From NCBI GenBank assembly GCA_963745235.1, contig CAVUXE010000054.1, forward strand, positions 64,001 to 128,000: 64,000 nucleotides of DNA. Direction: 5' to 3'. The notes under the pieces are model-generated. The model saw only the letters and a list, made by a program, of their open reading frames with translations, did no database searches and had not been told where the DNA came from. Both the position numbers and the translations under genes were made by a program. This document shows positions 48,877 through 59,134 of the stretch, in pieces (positions within the stretch are counted from its first letter, which is position 1; each line of letters opens with the position of its first letter). This DNA comes from an uncultured Spirochaetota bacterium. Lineage in GTDB: Bacteria > Spirochaetota > Spirochaetia > SZUA-6 > Fen-1364.

Positions 48877-51290
48877 GTGAGCGTCCCGTCGTTGACTGTA
48901 ATCCCGTCCAGGCTGCCCTCCATGACCTCCACGTCCCAGCTCCGTGCGCCTGTTCGGGGGTCAACGCGCTGTCGATACACTCCCCATGCGCGTTCCCGTG
49001 CTGAAGAAGCAGGAGAAGTCTTCCGGCGTTGACGACGGGCTCGAACGAGATCCTCCTGCTGGTCAGGTCGTATCGGTAGCCGGACAGAGCCAGCAGGAGG
49101 CCCCAGCTGGACAGGGAGCGCACGTAGTGGTGGCCGCACTCGACTTCATTCCAGGGATTGCGCTTGACCCCGTCATGGCGATCCCGGACCGCTTTCACGA
49201 TTTCCAGCCCCTCGTCCACCATGCCTTCATAGATCAGGTGCGTGGCCACCTGGTACTCGATGCCCGTCCATACCTCGTCGCAGTAGACGAACGGCAGGCG
49301 CGGCCTGCCCCCATGGGGCCACGTGCACAAGAGAAGCCCCGCCTCACCATCCAGGACGTAGGTCCGCTGCGCGTTCGCGTTTCCCCGAAGGTCCGCTCCT
49401 GAAGTTGTGGCGATAGACCGACTGCATTGCCGCCCTGACATGGTCCTTCGGGAGCACGTACCCCAGCCCGGCGGCGTGCGCGAGGCACTGGCCGAGGAGC
49501 TGGTCAGAGAGGCAGCCCGTCCCGTACTGGTATCTGTACGCGTCCACGTTTGCCAGGTCCTGGACATAGTATTCGCCGTTCCAAAGGAGGGAATCCATGC
49601 GGGCGCTTCCCTCCTCCAGCGCCTTCTGATAGCGCGTGCAGCGAGCCGCGTCCCCCATTGCCGTGGCCATCTCCGCCCCCGCTTTCAGCGCCGCATAGAA
49701 GATCGAGCCGATCAGCGAATTGGGGCCGTAGAACTCGATGTCATACGTGTTGTGCTGCTCGCTGTCCAGGACAGAGTCCCCGTCCGTGTCCCAGAAGTCG
49801 AATGCGAAGTCCAGCGCGCGCGCCGCCTTCTCCCAGACCGAGCGCAGGAACTCCGTGTCCCCGCTCAGCTTCCAGTCACGGTACAGCCGCACCACGGCGC
49901 CGAGCTGACCATCCGCGGCGGGTAGCATCTCCCATTTGGGCAGGCCAAGGATGCTCCGGGCGCGGAAGGCCATCCTGCCGTCATCATCTGTTTCCCCATT
50001 GAACTCCACCCGCCGCATGGTGCGCTCCAGCTCAGGGAAGAGGAACGCAAGGGTCTGCGCATAGTTCCAGACGTGCGTGCAGCTGCCCTCGCAGCAGCCG
50101 TCCGTGTCGTGGCATCCCTCCCAGGAGACGAAGGTTCCATCAGGGAGGCGGAAGCAGGTGGGGCTGCGGATGACGGTGATGTTGCTGGCCAGCGCATCGA
50201 TGACCGGAGCGGGGAGCGTGCTGCCGAAAAGCGCTCCCCGGAAAAGGCGCGAGCTCTTTTCCAGCCTTTCCCGATGCTCCGCCAGGTACCGGGCCGCGGC
50301 CCAGGCGTCAGGAAACCGGGTGGCATAGTAGTTCTGCATGACCGGCTGCGCGCCGGTGACCCTCTGCCAGCCCTTGAGCCTGTTGGGAAAATGCCATGCA
50401 AGGAGAAACTCGAAGTGCTTTTCTTCCCCCGGCGCAAGGGCCTGCGACACGCAGACGCTTCCCACCAGGGGCCGGTCTTCCTGGTAGCGAATCCTGCTGC
50501 CCGGGGTCCGCAGAGACGGAGCCGCGGAGAGAGAGCCGTCCGCGGAAAAATCGTCCCACAGCTCCTGGACGCCGTCGAACCAGCCGCCTTCAAGCCAGGT
50601 GGCCTTGCTCGTCACGGCGGCATTCGTGGTGGCAAGCGCCATGGTGCCATGATCCAGGGAGTCAGCGGAAAGGCCTGAAGATGAATAGAAGAGACCACGG
50701 ATGCCGCCCTGCTCGCGGAAGACGTTCTTTCCTCCCGGGTGCACCAGCAGGTTTTTGAAGGCGTCAAAGCCTTTGAACCCGACGACGTTCGGAAGGGATC
50801 CCATGATGGATACGGAGACGCGGCGGTCTGACGCATTCTTCACTTTGTACGATAGAAATGCTCCTGGTATCCCCGAATCGTCCGCGTTCAAGGGAATGAA
50901 CGGGGTGAAGGCTTCCAGGGAAACAGACACGGGAAGATCCGGATCGTGAAGGTCCACGGAGACAAACGGGTATTCTCCCGTCAGCTCAGAAGAAGCCATG
51001 TGCGGGAGGCCGGCAACCATGCCCGTATTGAATCCATGGGAAAGGGAGTAGGGGGGCTGAACCGGGGCCTCGAGCACCCGGGAAAAACCCGGGCCGCCGC
51101 ACCAGATCGCGAAGAAGGAATACGGAATCTTCAATCCCTTTGACGGCCTGTTGAAGATTTCCCAGTCCCGCAAATCTCCCCGCGAGCCAAGAGAGACGTT
51201 TCCCGTGCCTATCCCGCCAAGCAGGAAGGCCGCCTGGGTGGCGGTATGCGGAAAAACCCGTTTCGATAAGCTTTTCGAGGCTCTTTCCAT
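48873..51290 (-). CDS. GH116 beta-glucosidase (non-lysosomal glucosylceramidase family); three +1 frameshifts near 49393, 49025 and 48990
   Basis: LGGIGTG..WEIFN, GCCEGSCTHVWNY, HNTYDIEF, LWNGEYY, DQL.GQ, EVWTGIEY and NEVECGHHY.R. Confidence 0.88.
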
Positions 51291-51483
51291 ATACGTGTAC
51301 GATAATAACCTTACGGTCGGGTGCGCATTCTGTCAAGAGCTTGCAATCCACGCGGCAGTTTTGAAATTAAGTTATTTCCTATTAAGTAGTTAGAGTGGAG
51401 ACAATAAATTGTTCGACTTGTCTTGACTGGACGATTGTCCCATGATATCGTCGTGTACGATAACGGAAACCAAGGAGGTCCCT

Positions 51484-52764
51484 ATGTTGAGAAGATCGGG
51501 CTTGCTTCTGGCAATAGCGGCGTGCGTGTTGTTTGGCGTTCTGCCGGCAGCGTCGGCCGCAGCGGCACCGGATGCGAAGGGCACCGTCACCTTTGTCTTC
51601 TGGGACTACGGTCCTGACGTCCAGAAGGGCTGGGAAACCACGCTCCAGAACTTCAAGACGGCGAACCCGGGCATCACGGTTGACCTTGTTGGGGCCCAGG
51701 GAAACAGCTGGGGTGAATACCTGGACAAGGTGGCCACCATGATCGCGGGCGGAAAAAAACTGGACACGATCTGGGTCGCCACGGAAGGGATTCGGCAGCT
51801 GGCCACAAAGGGCCTCATCCGTCCCATCGACGACCTGGTGGCCCGGGACAAGGCCGAGCTCCAGGACTACTTCGACGACGTTGCCCCGTCGCTCATCGCC
51901 GGCACGACGGTGGACGGAAAGCTCTACGGCTTCCCGTACAGCTGGAACAACATGGTCGTCTGGTATCGGCCGAGCTTCCTCAAGGCAGCGGGCCTGCCTG
52001 CGCCGAGCCCCCACTGGACGCGGGCGGATTTCCTTCGCTACGCGCAGAAGCTGACGAAGGACAACGTGTACGGCTACGCGGTTGAGAACGCCTACTTCGT
52101 CGGCACCATCCCCTGGATCTACGCCAACGGGGGAAGCCTCTTCGACGAGCACTTCACGCGCGCAACCGCGGATACTCCCGAGGTCGCGGATGCCATGCAG
52201 TTCCTTGTGGACCTCGTGCGCAAGTACAAGGTGGCCCCGGATCCCGCCGGGGTGAGCACGTTCAACCTGTTCCAGGCCGGGCAGCTTGCCATGTTCGGCG
52301 CGGGCCGCTGGCCCATCCTGACATTCAGCAAGGATCCGTCGTTCAAGGACTTCGACGTGCAGGTCTGGCCGGGGGCGAAAATCCAGCTGACCGAGTACGG
52401 CGTGGACAACTTCCCCATGTTCACGAGCTCTCGAAACGTCGAAGGAACATGGAAGCTCATGAAATACATGACGCGAAAGGACGTGCAGGGGCAGTTGGTC
52501 GGCACCACCGACAAGCCGGTGGGCAACGTGCCTGCGCGCAGGTCTCTTGCAACCAGCCCCGACATGGCCTCCATTCCGAACTACAAGGTCTTCTACGCAT
52601 CGCTGCAGAACGCCAAGCCGGTCCCCGCTCCCCCCGGGTTCAACAAGGTGGAGAGCATCTGGCTTCGCTACGTGTCCCAGATGACATCCGGCGAGATGTC
52701 CGTGCCGGAAGCGCTGAAAAAGGCCCAGGCGGAGCTGACGCAGGTCCTGGCGGAAAACAGGTAG
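51484..52764 (+). CDS. Sugar ABC transporter substrate-binding protein (family 1)
   Basis: Signal peptide; NPGITV, DGKLYGFP and FQAGQLAM; SD AAGGAGG. Confidence 0.92.
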   Translation: MLRRSGLLLAIAACVLFGVLPAASAAAAPDAKGTVTFVFWDYGPDVQKGWETTLQNFKTANPGITVDLVGAQGNSWGEYLDKVATMIAGGKKLDTIWVATEGIRQLATKGLIRPIDDLVARDKAELQDYFDDVAPSLIAGTTVDGKLYGFPYSWNNMVVWYRPSFLKAAGLPAPSPHWTRADFLRYAQKLTKDNVYGYAVENAYFVGTIPWIYANGGSLFDEHFTRATADTPEVADAMQFLVDLVRKYKVAPDPAGVSTFNLFQAGQLAMFGAGRWPILTFSKDPSFKDFDVQVWPGAKIQLTEYGVDNFPMFTSSRNVEGTWKLMKYMTRKDVQGQLVGTTDKPVGNVPARRSLATSPDMASIPNYKVFYASLQNAKPVPAPPGFNKVESIWLRYVSQMTSGEMSVPEALKKAQAELTQVLAENR

Positions 52765-52778
52765 AATGGGAGTCTAGC

Positions 52779-52816
52779 CCGGAAGCTTCGCGCGGCCCGG
52801 CCGCGCGAAGTCCCGG
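52779..52816 (+). terminator. Stem-loop after the binding-protein gene
   Basis: Core CTTCGCGCGGC-CCG-GCCGCGCGAAG; no U-tract. Confidence 0.5.
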
Positions 52817-52843
52817 ATTCAGCGGGAAGCGGGAGGCGAATCG

Positions 52844-53761
52844 GTGAGCCACGGAGGGGAAGAACGGCGCGAGCCCATGAGGAGCCTGGCCCGCAGGGAG
52901 GCCTTCTGGGGATACCTTTTCCTGCTCCCGACGGCCGCCGGATTCCTGATCTTCGTCGTGGGGCCCATGCTCGGGGCGCTGGGGGTCAGCCTGCTGAAGT
53001 GGGACCTTCTGAGCCCGCCCCGGTTTGCCGGAGCCGCGAACTACGGCGCGCTGCTCCAGGACGGGCGGCTGGGCATCATCCTCAGTAACACGGTCTTGTT
53101 CGTGATCGCGGATGTCCTGTTCAACATGCTGCTCGGGCTGTTCCTGGCGCTGCTTCTCCGAGGGAAAGTCGCTCGGGGCATCGGCTATCTCGCCCGGCTT
53201 GCATTCTTCTTCCCGGTGATCGTTTCCGTCTCTTCGGCCGCTGCAATCTGGATCTTCTTCCTGCAGAAGGACCTCGGCATCCTCAACTACTACCTTCACC
53301 TCATCGGGCTTCCGAGGATCCCCTGGTTGGGCTCCAGCCAGTGGTCGCTGCGGTCCGTCGTGCTTTTCGACGTCTGGAAGAACGTTGGATTCTACGCCAT
53401 GGTCTTCCTTGCGGGACTGCACAACATCCCCGTCCAGCTCACGGAGGCGGCGGTGGTGGATGGGGCAAACGAGAGGCAGCTCCTGCGACACGTCACGCTG
53501 CCGCTTCTCACGCCGAGCATCTTCTTTGCGATCGTCATTGCGCTCATCAACGGCTTCCAGGTCTTTGCGCAGGCCCAGATCCTGACGCGCGGCGGCCCCG
53601 GTGACTCTTCCCGCACCATGGTCATGTACATCTACGAGCAGGGGTTTCGCTACTTCCAGATGGGCTACGCGTCCTCGGTTGCAGTGATGCTCTTCGTGGT
53701 GGTCGCGGGGTTGACGCTCCTCCAATTCCGAGCGAGCGAGAGGTGGGTCTTCTATCAGTAG
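52844..53761 (+). CDS. Carbohydrate ABC transporter permease (MalF/UgpA type)
   Basis: EAAVVDGA loop, VTLPLLTP and GGPG..GYASS. Confidence 0.93.
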   Translation: MSHGGEERREPMRSLARREAFWGYLFLLPTAAGFLIFVVGPMLGALGVSLLKWDLLSPPRFAGAANYGALLQDGRLGIILSNTVLFVIADVLFNMLLGLFLALLLRGKVARGIGYLARLAFFFPVIVSVSSAAAIWIFFLQKDLGILNYYLHLIGLPRIPWLGSSQWSLRSVVLFDVWKNVGFYAMVFLAGLHNIPVQLTEAAVVDGANERQLLRHVTLPLLTPSIFFAIVIALINGFQVFAQAQILTRGGPGDSSRTMVMYIYEQGFRYFQMGYASSVAVMLFVVVAGLTLLQFRASERWVFYQ

Positions 53762-53873
53762 CATCATTCATTCAGAAGCGGCGGGCAATTCCCTGTCCCA
53801 CCCGCGGAAGCTTCGCGAAGGTGTTGCGCGCGGGGCCGGGCGGGGCCTCTTCTACCTCTTTCTCCTCATCGTC

Positions 53874-54662
53874 ATGGCCGTCATGGTGGCGCCATTCCTC
53901 TGGATGTTCTCCGTCTCCGTGGGACGTCCTTCCGAAGTGTTCGTTGTCCCCCCTCGCTGGATACCGTCGGTGGTTCAGCTCGGCGCCTACCTGCGCGTGC
54001 TCAAGGAGCTGCCTTTCCTTTCCTGGTTCCTCAACAGCTTCAAGATCGCTTCCCTGATCACAGTCGGGCAGCTCTTTACCTGCTCCACGGCGGCATATGC
54101 CTTCGCCCGGCTTCGATTCCCGGGAAGGAACGCGCTCTTCCTGGTCCTTCTCTCCGCGCTCATGATCCCGCTGCAGGTCACCATCATTCCGATCTTCATC
54201 ATCATGAGGGTGCTGAACCTCCTGGACAGTCACCTCTCCCTCATCCTGCCTCCCCTGGTGAGCGCGTTCGGCGTGTTCCTCCTGCGCCAGTTCTTCCTGA
54301 CCATTCCGCGGGAGCTGGAAGACGCGGCTGTCATGGACGGCGCCGCGCCTCCCCTGATCTTCTGGAAGATCATTCTGCCTCTCTCCGGAGGAGCGCTGGC
54401 GACTCTTGCGGTCCTGACCTACAACTTCTTCTGGAACGACTATTTCGCGCCGCTCATCTTCATCAACAGCCCGGACAAAATGACGCTTCCCCTCGGGATC
54501 GGCATCATGGCCGGCCGCTATGTCGGGGGAGGCGGAATGGGCGCGGATGCTCCCGGGATCGTCGCCGCCGTATCGATGTCCATCGTCCCTGTTCTTCTCA
54601 TTTTCCTGTTTGCCCAACGCTACCTGATCGAAAGCATCACCATGACGGGGTTGAAGACATGA
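53874..54662 (+). CDS. Carbohydrate ABC transporter permease (MalG/UgpE type); true start probably near 53750-53820
   Basis: AAYAFARL.F.G, IPRELEDAAVMDGA and WNDY. The frame is open upstream through the first TM helix but has no canonical start there. Confidence 0.88.
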   Translation: MAVMVAPFLWMFSVSVGRPSEVFVVPPRWIPSVVQLGAYLRVLKELPFLSWFLNSFKIASLITVGQLFTCSTAAYAFARLRFPGRNALFLVLLSALMIPLQVTIIPIFIIMRVLNLLDSHLSLILPPLVSAFGVFLLRQFFLTIPRELEDAAVMDGAAPPLIFWKIILPLSGGALATLAVLTYNFFWNDYFAPLIFINSPDKMTLPLGIGIMAGRYVGGGGMGADAPGIVAAVSMSIVPVLLIFLFAQRYLIESITMTGLKT

Positions 54663-55798
54663 TTCGTCGTACAGCATGGGTCGTGTCCCTCATTTTCGCC
54701 GCATGCGCGCTGGCTCTCCCGGCCGCGGCGGATGAGATGGTCACCGGCGTGGCTCGAGATGGCGCGCTGGACCTGAGCGGTCCCTGGCGCTGCAAAGCCG
54801 TGTCCCAGGTCGAGGATTCCCTTTTTGCTCCCGGCACGGACGACTCCGGGTGGCTGATTGCCCCGGCTCCGGCCCGATGGGCGGACCAGAAGGTCAACGC
54901 GGAGGGGGTGCCCGCGGTGGTGTACCGCCGAAACGTTATGGTTCCTGCGGACTGGCAGGGCAGGCAGATCGGCATCAGCGCATGGTTCTGCGGCCGGGAT
55001 TCCCTGGTGTACGTCAACGGCCAGGAGGTGGATCCGGACGGCCCGCCGGACGCGCTCTACGCGGAGGTGAGCAATCTCCTGCTCTACGGACGGGAGAACC
55101 TCATTGGCGTCTCTACAACCGCGGACGGCATCCGCGAGCTGGCGGAATCCGGCCCTCCGCTTCTGGGTCCTCTGGGACAGAAGCGCCTGACGCGAGTCAT
55201 TCGCACCGACGTGAGCATTGCAGCGCAGCCCCGGCCGCTGCCCGCGAGCCTTTTCATGCCGGAGGGCGGGAAGCAGCTGCCTCTGGTCGTGTTCGCGGCC
55301 ACCGGTCACGCCGATTATTCCATCAAGGATGACTGGCGTCAGCTCAACGACGACCTTGCGCGCCTTGGCTACGCCTCACTCTCCGTGGCATTCAACCGGT
55401 TCACGCCCCAGGAGTTCGATGCGGTCTTCACATATGCGGCGGGGTTGGACGGTGTGGACCATTCGCGCATGGCGACGGTGGGAGCCATGAAGGCGTCCCG
55501 GCCGGTGGTCCTGGCCGCCATCGGGAGCCCGGACGTGCGGACAGTCGTGCTGGTCTCAAGCGCCCGGGTCCCCGAGATTTCGGAGCTCGGCCGGCGTTCG
55601 GTACTTTTCATTTGCGGGGACAAGGAGGCCAGCGTCCCGGCGCTGTCCGCCGCCGGGGACATGGCGGCCGCGCTCACAGGCCCGCACGAAATAGCCGCGC
55701 TTGCCTCCACGGAGAGCGGCGTTGCCCTTCTGGACACGAGCTGGAATGGCCTGCGACACGCCCTTGTGGCATGGCTGGGAAAGTACTTGAAGGACTGA
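54659..55798 (+). CDS. Exported protein: GH2-N-like sugar-binding domain plus a degenerate alpha/beta-hydrolase-like domain
   Basis: Signal peptide; LDLSGPWR, DDSGW, VYVNGQEV and GRENLI; then VGAMKAS at the expected nucleophile elbow. Confidence 0.55.
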   Translation: MIRRTAWVVSLIFAACALALPAAADEMVTGVARDGALDLSGPWRCKAVSQVEDSLFAPGTDDSGWLIAPAPARWADQKVNAEGVPAVVYRRNVMVPADWQGRQIGISAWFCGRDSLVYVNGQEVDPDGPPDALYAEVSNLLLYGRENLIGVSTTADGIRELAESGPPLLGPLGQKRLTRVIRTDVSIAAQPRPLPASLFMPEGGKQLPLVVFAATGHADYSIKDDWRQLNDDLARLGYASLSVAFNRFTPQEFDAVFTYAAGLDGVDHSRMATVGAMKASRPVVLAAIGSPDVRTVVLVSSARVPEISELGRRSVLFICGDKEASVPALSAAGDMAAALTGPHEIAALASTESGVALLDTSWNGLRHALVAWLGKYLKD

Positions 55799-55813
55799 AT
55801 GGCGCGCCTTTCC

Positions 55814-57287
55814 TCACGAACCAGATGACCGTGCCAGCGTGAATCGAAACCGGGTGCCGATGTTGACCCTGCTCATCACGGAGAGCGCGCTCCCGTGCAT
55901 CTCCACGATCTGCCGCGCAATTGCAAGCCCCAGCCCTGCGCCTCCGCGAGACCGGTCCCTGCTCCTGTCCGCCCTGTAGAAACGATCAAAGATGTGGGGG
56001 AGGTCCTCGGGGTGGATGCCGCTTCCCGTGTCCGCGACGCTCACCTCCACCGAGTCGCCATGGGGCAAGAGGCCCACGCGCACCGAGCCCCCGGGCGGGG
56101 TGTAGCGCAGCGCGTTCTCGATCAGGTTGGTAAGCACCCGCTCGACAAGGCCGATGTCTCCCGTGACAAGGGGAAGGTCCCCCGGACATTCCACGCTGAG
56201 GGACACCCCCGCGGCCTCCGCCCCGGGCTTCAGCTTCAGGACAGCGTCCTGGGCGAGCTCCGCCACCTGGAAAGCCTCCCGCTTCAGCTGGACTTGCCGT
56301 GTATCCAGCTTCACCAGCTCGAACAGCTCTTCCACGAGCCTCTGGAGGCTTGCGGTGTTCTTGAGGCTGATGTCCAGGAAATGCCGCCGCTCGGCCGGGG
56401 TGAGATGCTCGTCCTTGAGGAGGATGGTCTCCAGGTAGCCCTGGATGGAGGCAAGGGGGCTTCGGAGGTCGTGGGAGATGTTGGCAATCAGCTCTTTTCG
56501 CATGCGCTCGGCTTCGCGCAGCTTGTGCATGTCCGCTTCAATTGTGGCCGCCATCTCGTTGAAGGATTTGCCCAGACCGGCAAGCTCGTCCCTGCCGCGA
56601 ACGTCCACGCGCCGCCCGCGATCTCCCTTCTCGAAGGCGCGCACGGCCTCGCTCAGCGCCCGCAGCGGCCGCGTGAGGAGAAAGAACAGGGAGAGGCCGA
56701 CGATGAGAGTTGACAGAAGCGCAAGGAGCAGGGCAATGACCCCGGTCCTGAGGATGTAGCTCTGGCGAATCATCCTCAGTGTCGCATCGTAGTGCTCGCC
56801 GCCCAGGATGATGTAGACGTATCCCTGTGCGCTTCCCATCGCCAGGGGAGCGGCGGAGAAGGGCTTTGCCCGTCCCGTGCTTCGCGGGTCGTCACCGAGG
56901 GTGAGCTGCTGCTCCGCCGGAGTCAATGAACTTCTTCACCGGCCCCAGGTCCACGGAGCTTCGCTCCACCCGGTCTGACGGGCCCGTGAAGTACGCAAGG
57001 ATCTTTCCCTGCGAATCCAGGAGATAGATCTCCACCATCGGGTTCAGGACCATCATGTAATGGATGGCGCCCCGCACGCGGTTTGCGTCGAACCCGCCGG
57101 CCACCATGGGTTGGATCTCCGCGGCAATGCTTCGCGCATACTCGCGGTTGAGGACCTGCTCCACCTTGCTGAAGAGCTGGCGCGCGGAGTTGAAGGCAAT
57201 AGTCACCCAGCCCGCGCCCAGGACGACAATGAGGAGCAGGAAGATCGTGGAGATGCGGGCATAGAAGGACCGGAAGATCTGCCTCAT
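55814..57287 (-). CDS. HAMP-domain sensor histidine kinase; +1 frameshift near 56910
   Basis: SHDLRSPL H-box, NLIENALRY, DTGSG, FDRFYR and GLGL. Confidence 0.9.
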
Positions 57288-58042
57288 CCGGAAAGCTCCG
57301 CGGGCTCCGCGAACCTGTACCCCACGCCCCACACGGTCTTCAGGTAGCGCGGCCGGCCGGGGTCCTCCTCGATCTTGCTTCGCAGGCGATTGATGTGAGA
57401 GTTGACCGTGTGGTCGTAGCCGTCGTACTGATAGCCCCAGACCAGGTTGAGCAGGTCCGTCCTGCTGTAGGTTCTTCCGGGGTTGCGCGCGAAAAGGGCC
57501 AGCAGATCGAACTCCTTCACCGTGAGCTCCACCGTCCGCTCGGCAAGCGTCACCTTTCTCTTCTCGAAATCTATGGAAAGCTCGCCCGCCCGCACGTGCC
57601 CGCTCACGGGTTTGCCCGCCGCCGCTTCCCGATCGGTCTCCACGCGGCGCAGAAGCGCCTTTACCCTGGCCATGAGCTCCCGCACGCTGAAGGGCTTGGT
57701 CATGTATTCGTCCGCGCCCAGCTCCAGGCCCAGGACCCTGTCCACCTCTTCTGATTTCGCCGTCAGCATGAGGATGGGAGTATAGGGGTTTCTTTCCCGG
57801 ATTCGCCGGCAGACTGACAGGCCGTCGATCTCGGGGAGCATCAGGTCAAGGATGATCAGTGAATGCTGGCCGGAGAGCGCCTTTTGAAGTCCGGCCCGGC
57901 CATCGTTGGCGCGCTCGGTTCGAAACCCCAGGTCGCGCAGGTTCATGGCGACCAGCTCCGATATCTCGCGGTCGTCATCGATGATGAGGACCGCTCCCTG
58001 GCCTTGACCCTGGCGCCGCGCGCCGGGCGAGGAATCGTTCAT
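57284..58042 (-). CDS. OmpR family response regulator
   Basis: IDDD, LDLMLP, TAK, KPF and TVWGVGY. Confidence 0.94.
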   Translation of the reverse strand: MNDSSPGARRQGQGQGAVLIIDDDREISELVAMNLRDLGFRTERANDGRAGLQKALSGQHSLIILDLMLPEIDGLSVCRRIRERNPYTPILMLTAKSEEVDRVLGLELGADEYMTKPFSVRELMARVKALLRRVETDREAAAGKPVSGHVRAGELSIDFEKRKVTLAERTVELTVKEFDLLALFARNPGRTYSRTDLLNLVWGYQYDGYDHTVNSHINRLRSKIEEDPGRPRYLKTVWGVGYRFAEPAELSG

Positions 58043-58105
58043 CCTTCGGCCTCCTCCACAAATGTATGAAAATGTTATACTCGCGGCCATGGAAGCAGCG
58101 CGCAC

Positions 58106-59134
58106 ATGAAAGCAGTCCGCATGGTTGCGGTGGGAAAGGCGCTTGAGATGTTCGATGTCCCCATTCCCGCCGTCGGAGAAAAGGACGTCCTGGTGCGGGT
58201 GAAGGCGGCCGGCATCTGCCACTCGGATGCGCACTACCGGGCCGGCGTCTCCCCCGTTCGGCCGCTGCCCATGACGCTGGGGCACGAGATTGCCGGGGTG
58301 GTGGAAAAGGCCGGCTCCCGGGCAACGGGCGTGAAGCCGGGAGACCGCGTGGTGCTGCACTACAACGTCACTTGCGGGGACTGCTATTTCTGCAGCACGG
58401 GCAACGAGCAGTTCTGCCCCGCGGGGCTCATGCTCGGCCACTTCACTGACGGCGGATATGCCGAGTACGTGGCCGCTCCTGCCCGCAACGCGCTCCCGCT
58501 CCCCGCGGAGATACCCTTTGAGCAGGGGGCCACGCTCATGTGCGCCTCCGCAACGTCCTTTCACGCTCTTCGCAAGGGAAGGCTCAGGGCAGGGGAGAAA
58601 GCCGTGGTGTTCGGAATCGGGGGGCTCGGGCTCTCCGCGGTCCAGCTGGCCAGGGCTTTCGGCGCGGTGGAAGTCTTCGCGGTGGACAGGGTCGAGGACA
58701 AGCTGGAGCTCGCGGCGCGCTATGGCGCTGTTCCCGTGAATGCCGCGCGGGTGGATCCTGTCGAAGAGATCAAGCGGCGGACCGGTGGCCGCGGCGTCGA
58801 TGTTGCCATAGAGGTGATTGGCCGGGCCGTGACCATGAAGCAGGGGCTGGATTGCCTCGGTCCCCTGGGCCGGGCGGTCATCGTTGGAATCGGTAATGAA
58901 CCGCTTTCCGTGGACACCTACCGCGAGCTCCTGGGAAACGAGGCCGAGCTCATCGGCTCCAACGATCACCTGCTGCAGGAGCTTCCTCTCCTTCTGGAGA
59001 TGGCCCGCAAGGGCATCCTGGACACCTCGCGCGTTGTGACGCGAACAATCCGGCTGGACGCGGCCGCCATCAACCGCGCGCTGGACGACCTCGAGAAGTA
59101 CGAGGGCGGGCTGCGGACCGTTATCGTTCCGTAG
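58106..59134 (+). CDS. Zinc-dependent alcohol dehydrogenase
   Basis: GICHSD, GHE, CGDCYFC..C and GIGGLG. Confidence 0.93.
   Translation: MKAVRMVAVGKALEMFDVPIPAVGEKDVLVRVKAAGICHSDAHYRAGVSPVRPLPMTLGHEIAGVVEKAGSRATGVKPGDRVVLHYNVTCGDCYFCSTGNEQFCPAGLMLGHFTDGGYAEYVAAPARNALPLPAEIPFEQGATLMCASATSFHALRKGRLRAGEKAVVFGIGGLGLSAVQLARAFGAVEVFAVDRVEDKLELAARYGAVPVNAARVDPVEEIKRRTGGRGVDVAIEVIGRAVTMKQGLDCLGPLGRAVIVGIGNEPLSVDTYRELLGNEAELIGSNDHLLQELPLLLEMARKGILDTSRVVTRTIRLDAAAINRALDDLEKYEGGLRTVIVP

Noticed and set aside
2046-57287. Frameshifts in the aminotransferase (2), DUF899, tonB, GH116 (3) and the histidine kinase, considered as programmed frameshifting or pseudogenisation
   Set aside because: All eight resolve as single +1 insertions, several in short homopolymers, in otherwise intact unrelated genes with no shared slippery motif. 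Sequencing error is the simplest explanation; read polishing would confirm it.
57284-58969. 561-aa ORF suggesting an extended response regulator, and other long antisense ORFs such as 43984-46143 and 3775-4854
   Set aside because: These are stop-poor shadow frames of real genes in GC-rich DNA and carry no motifs.
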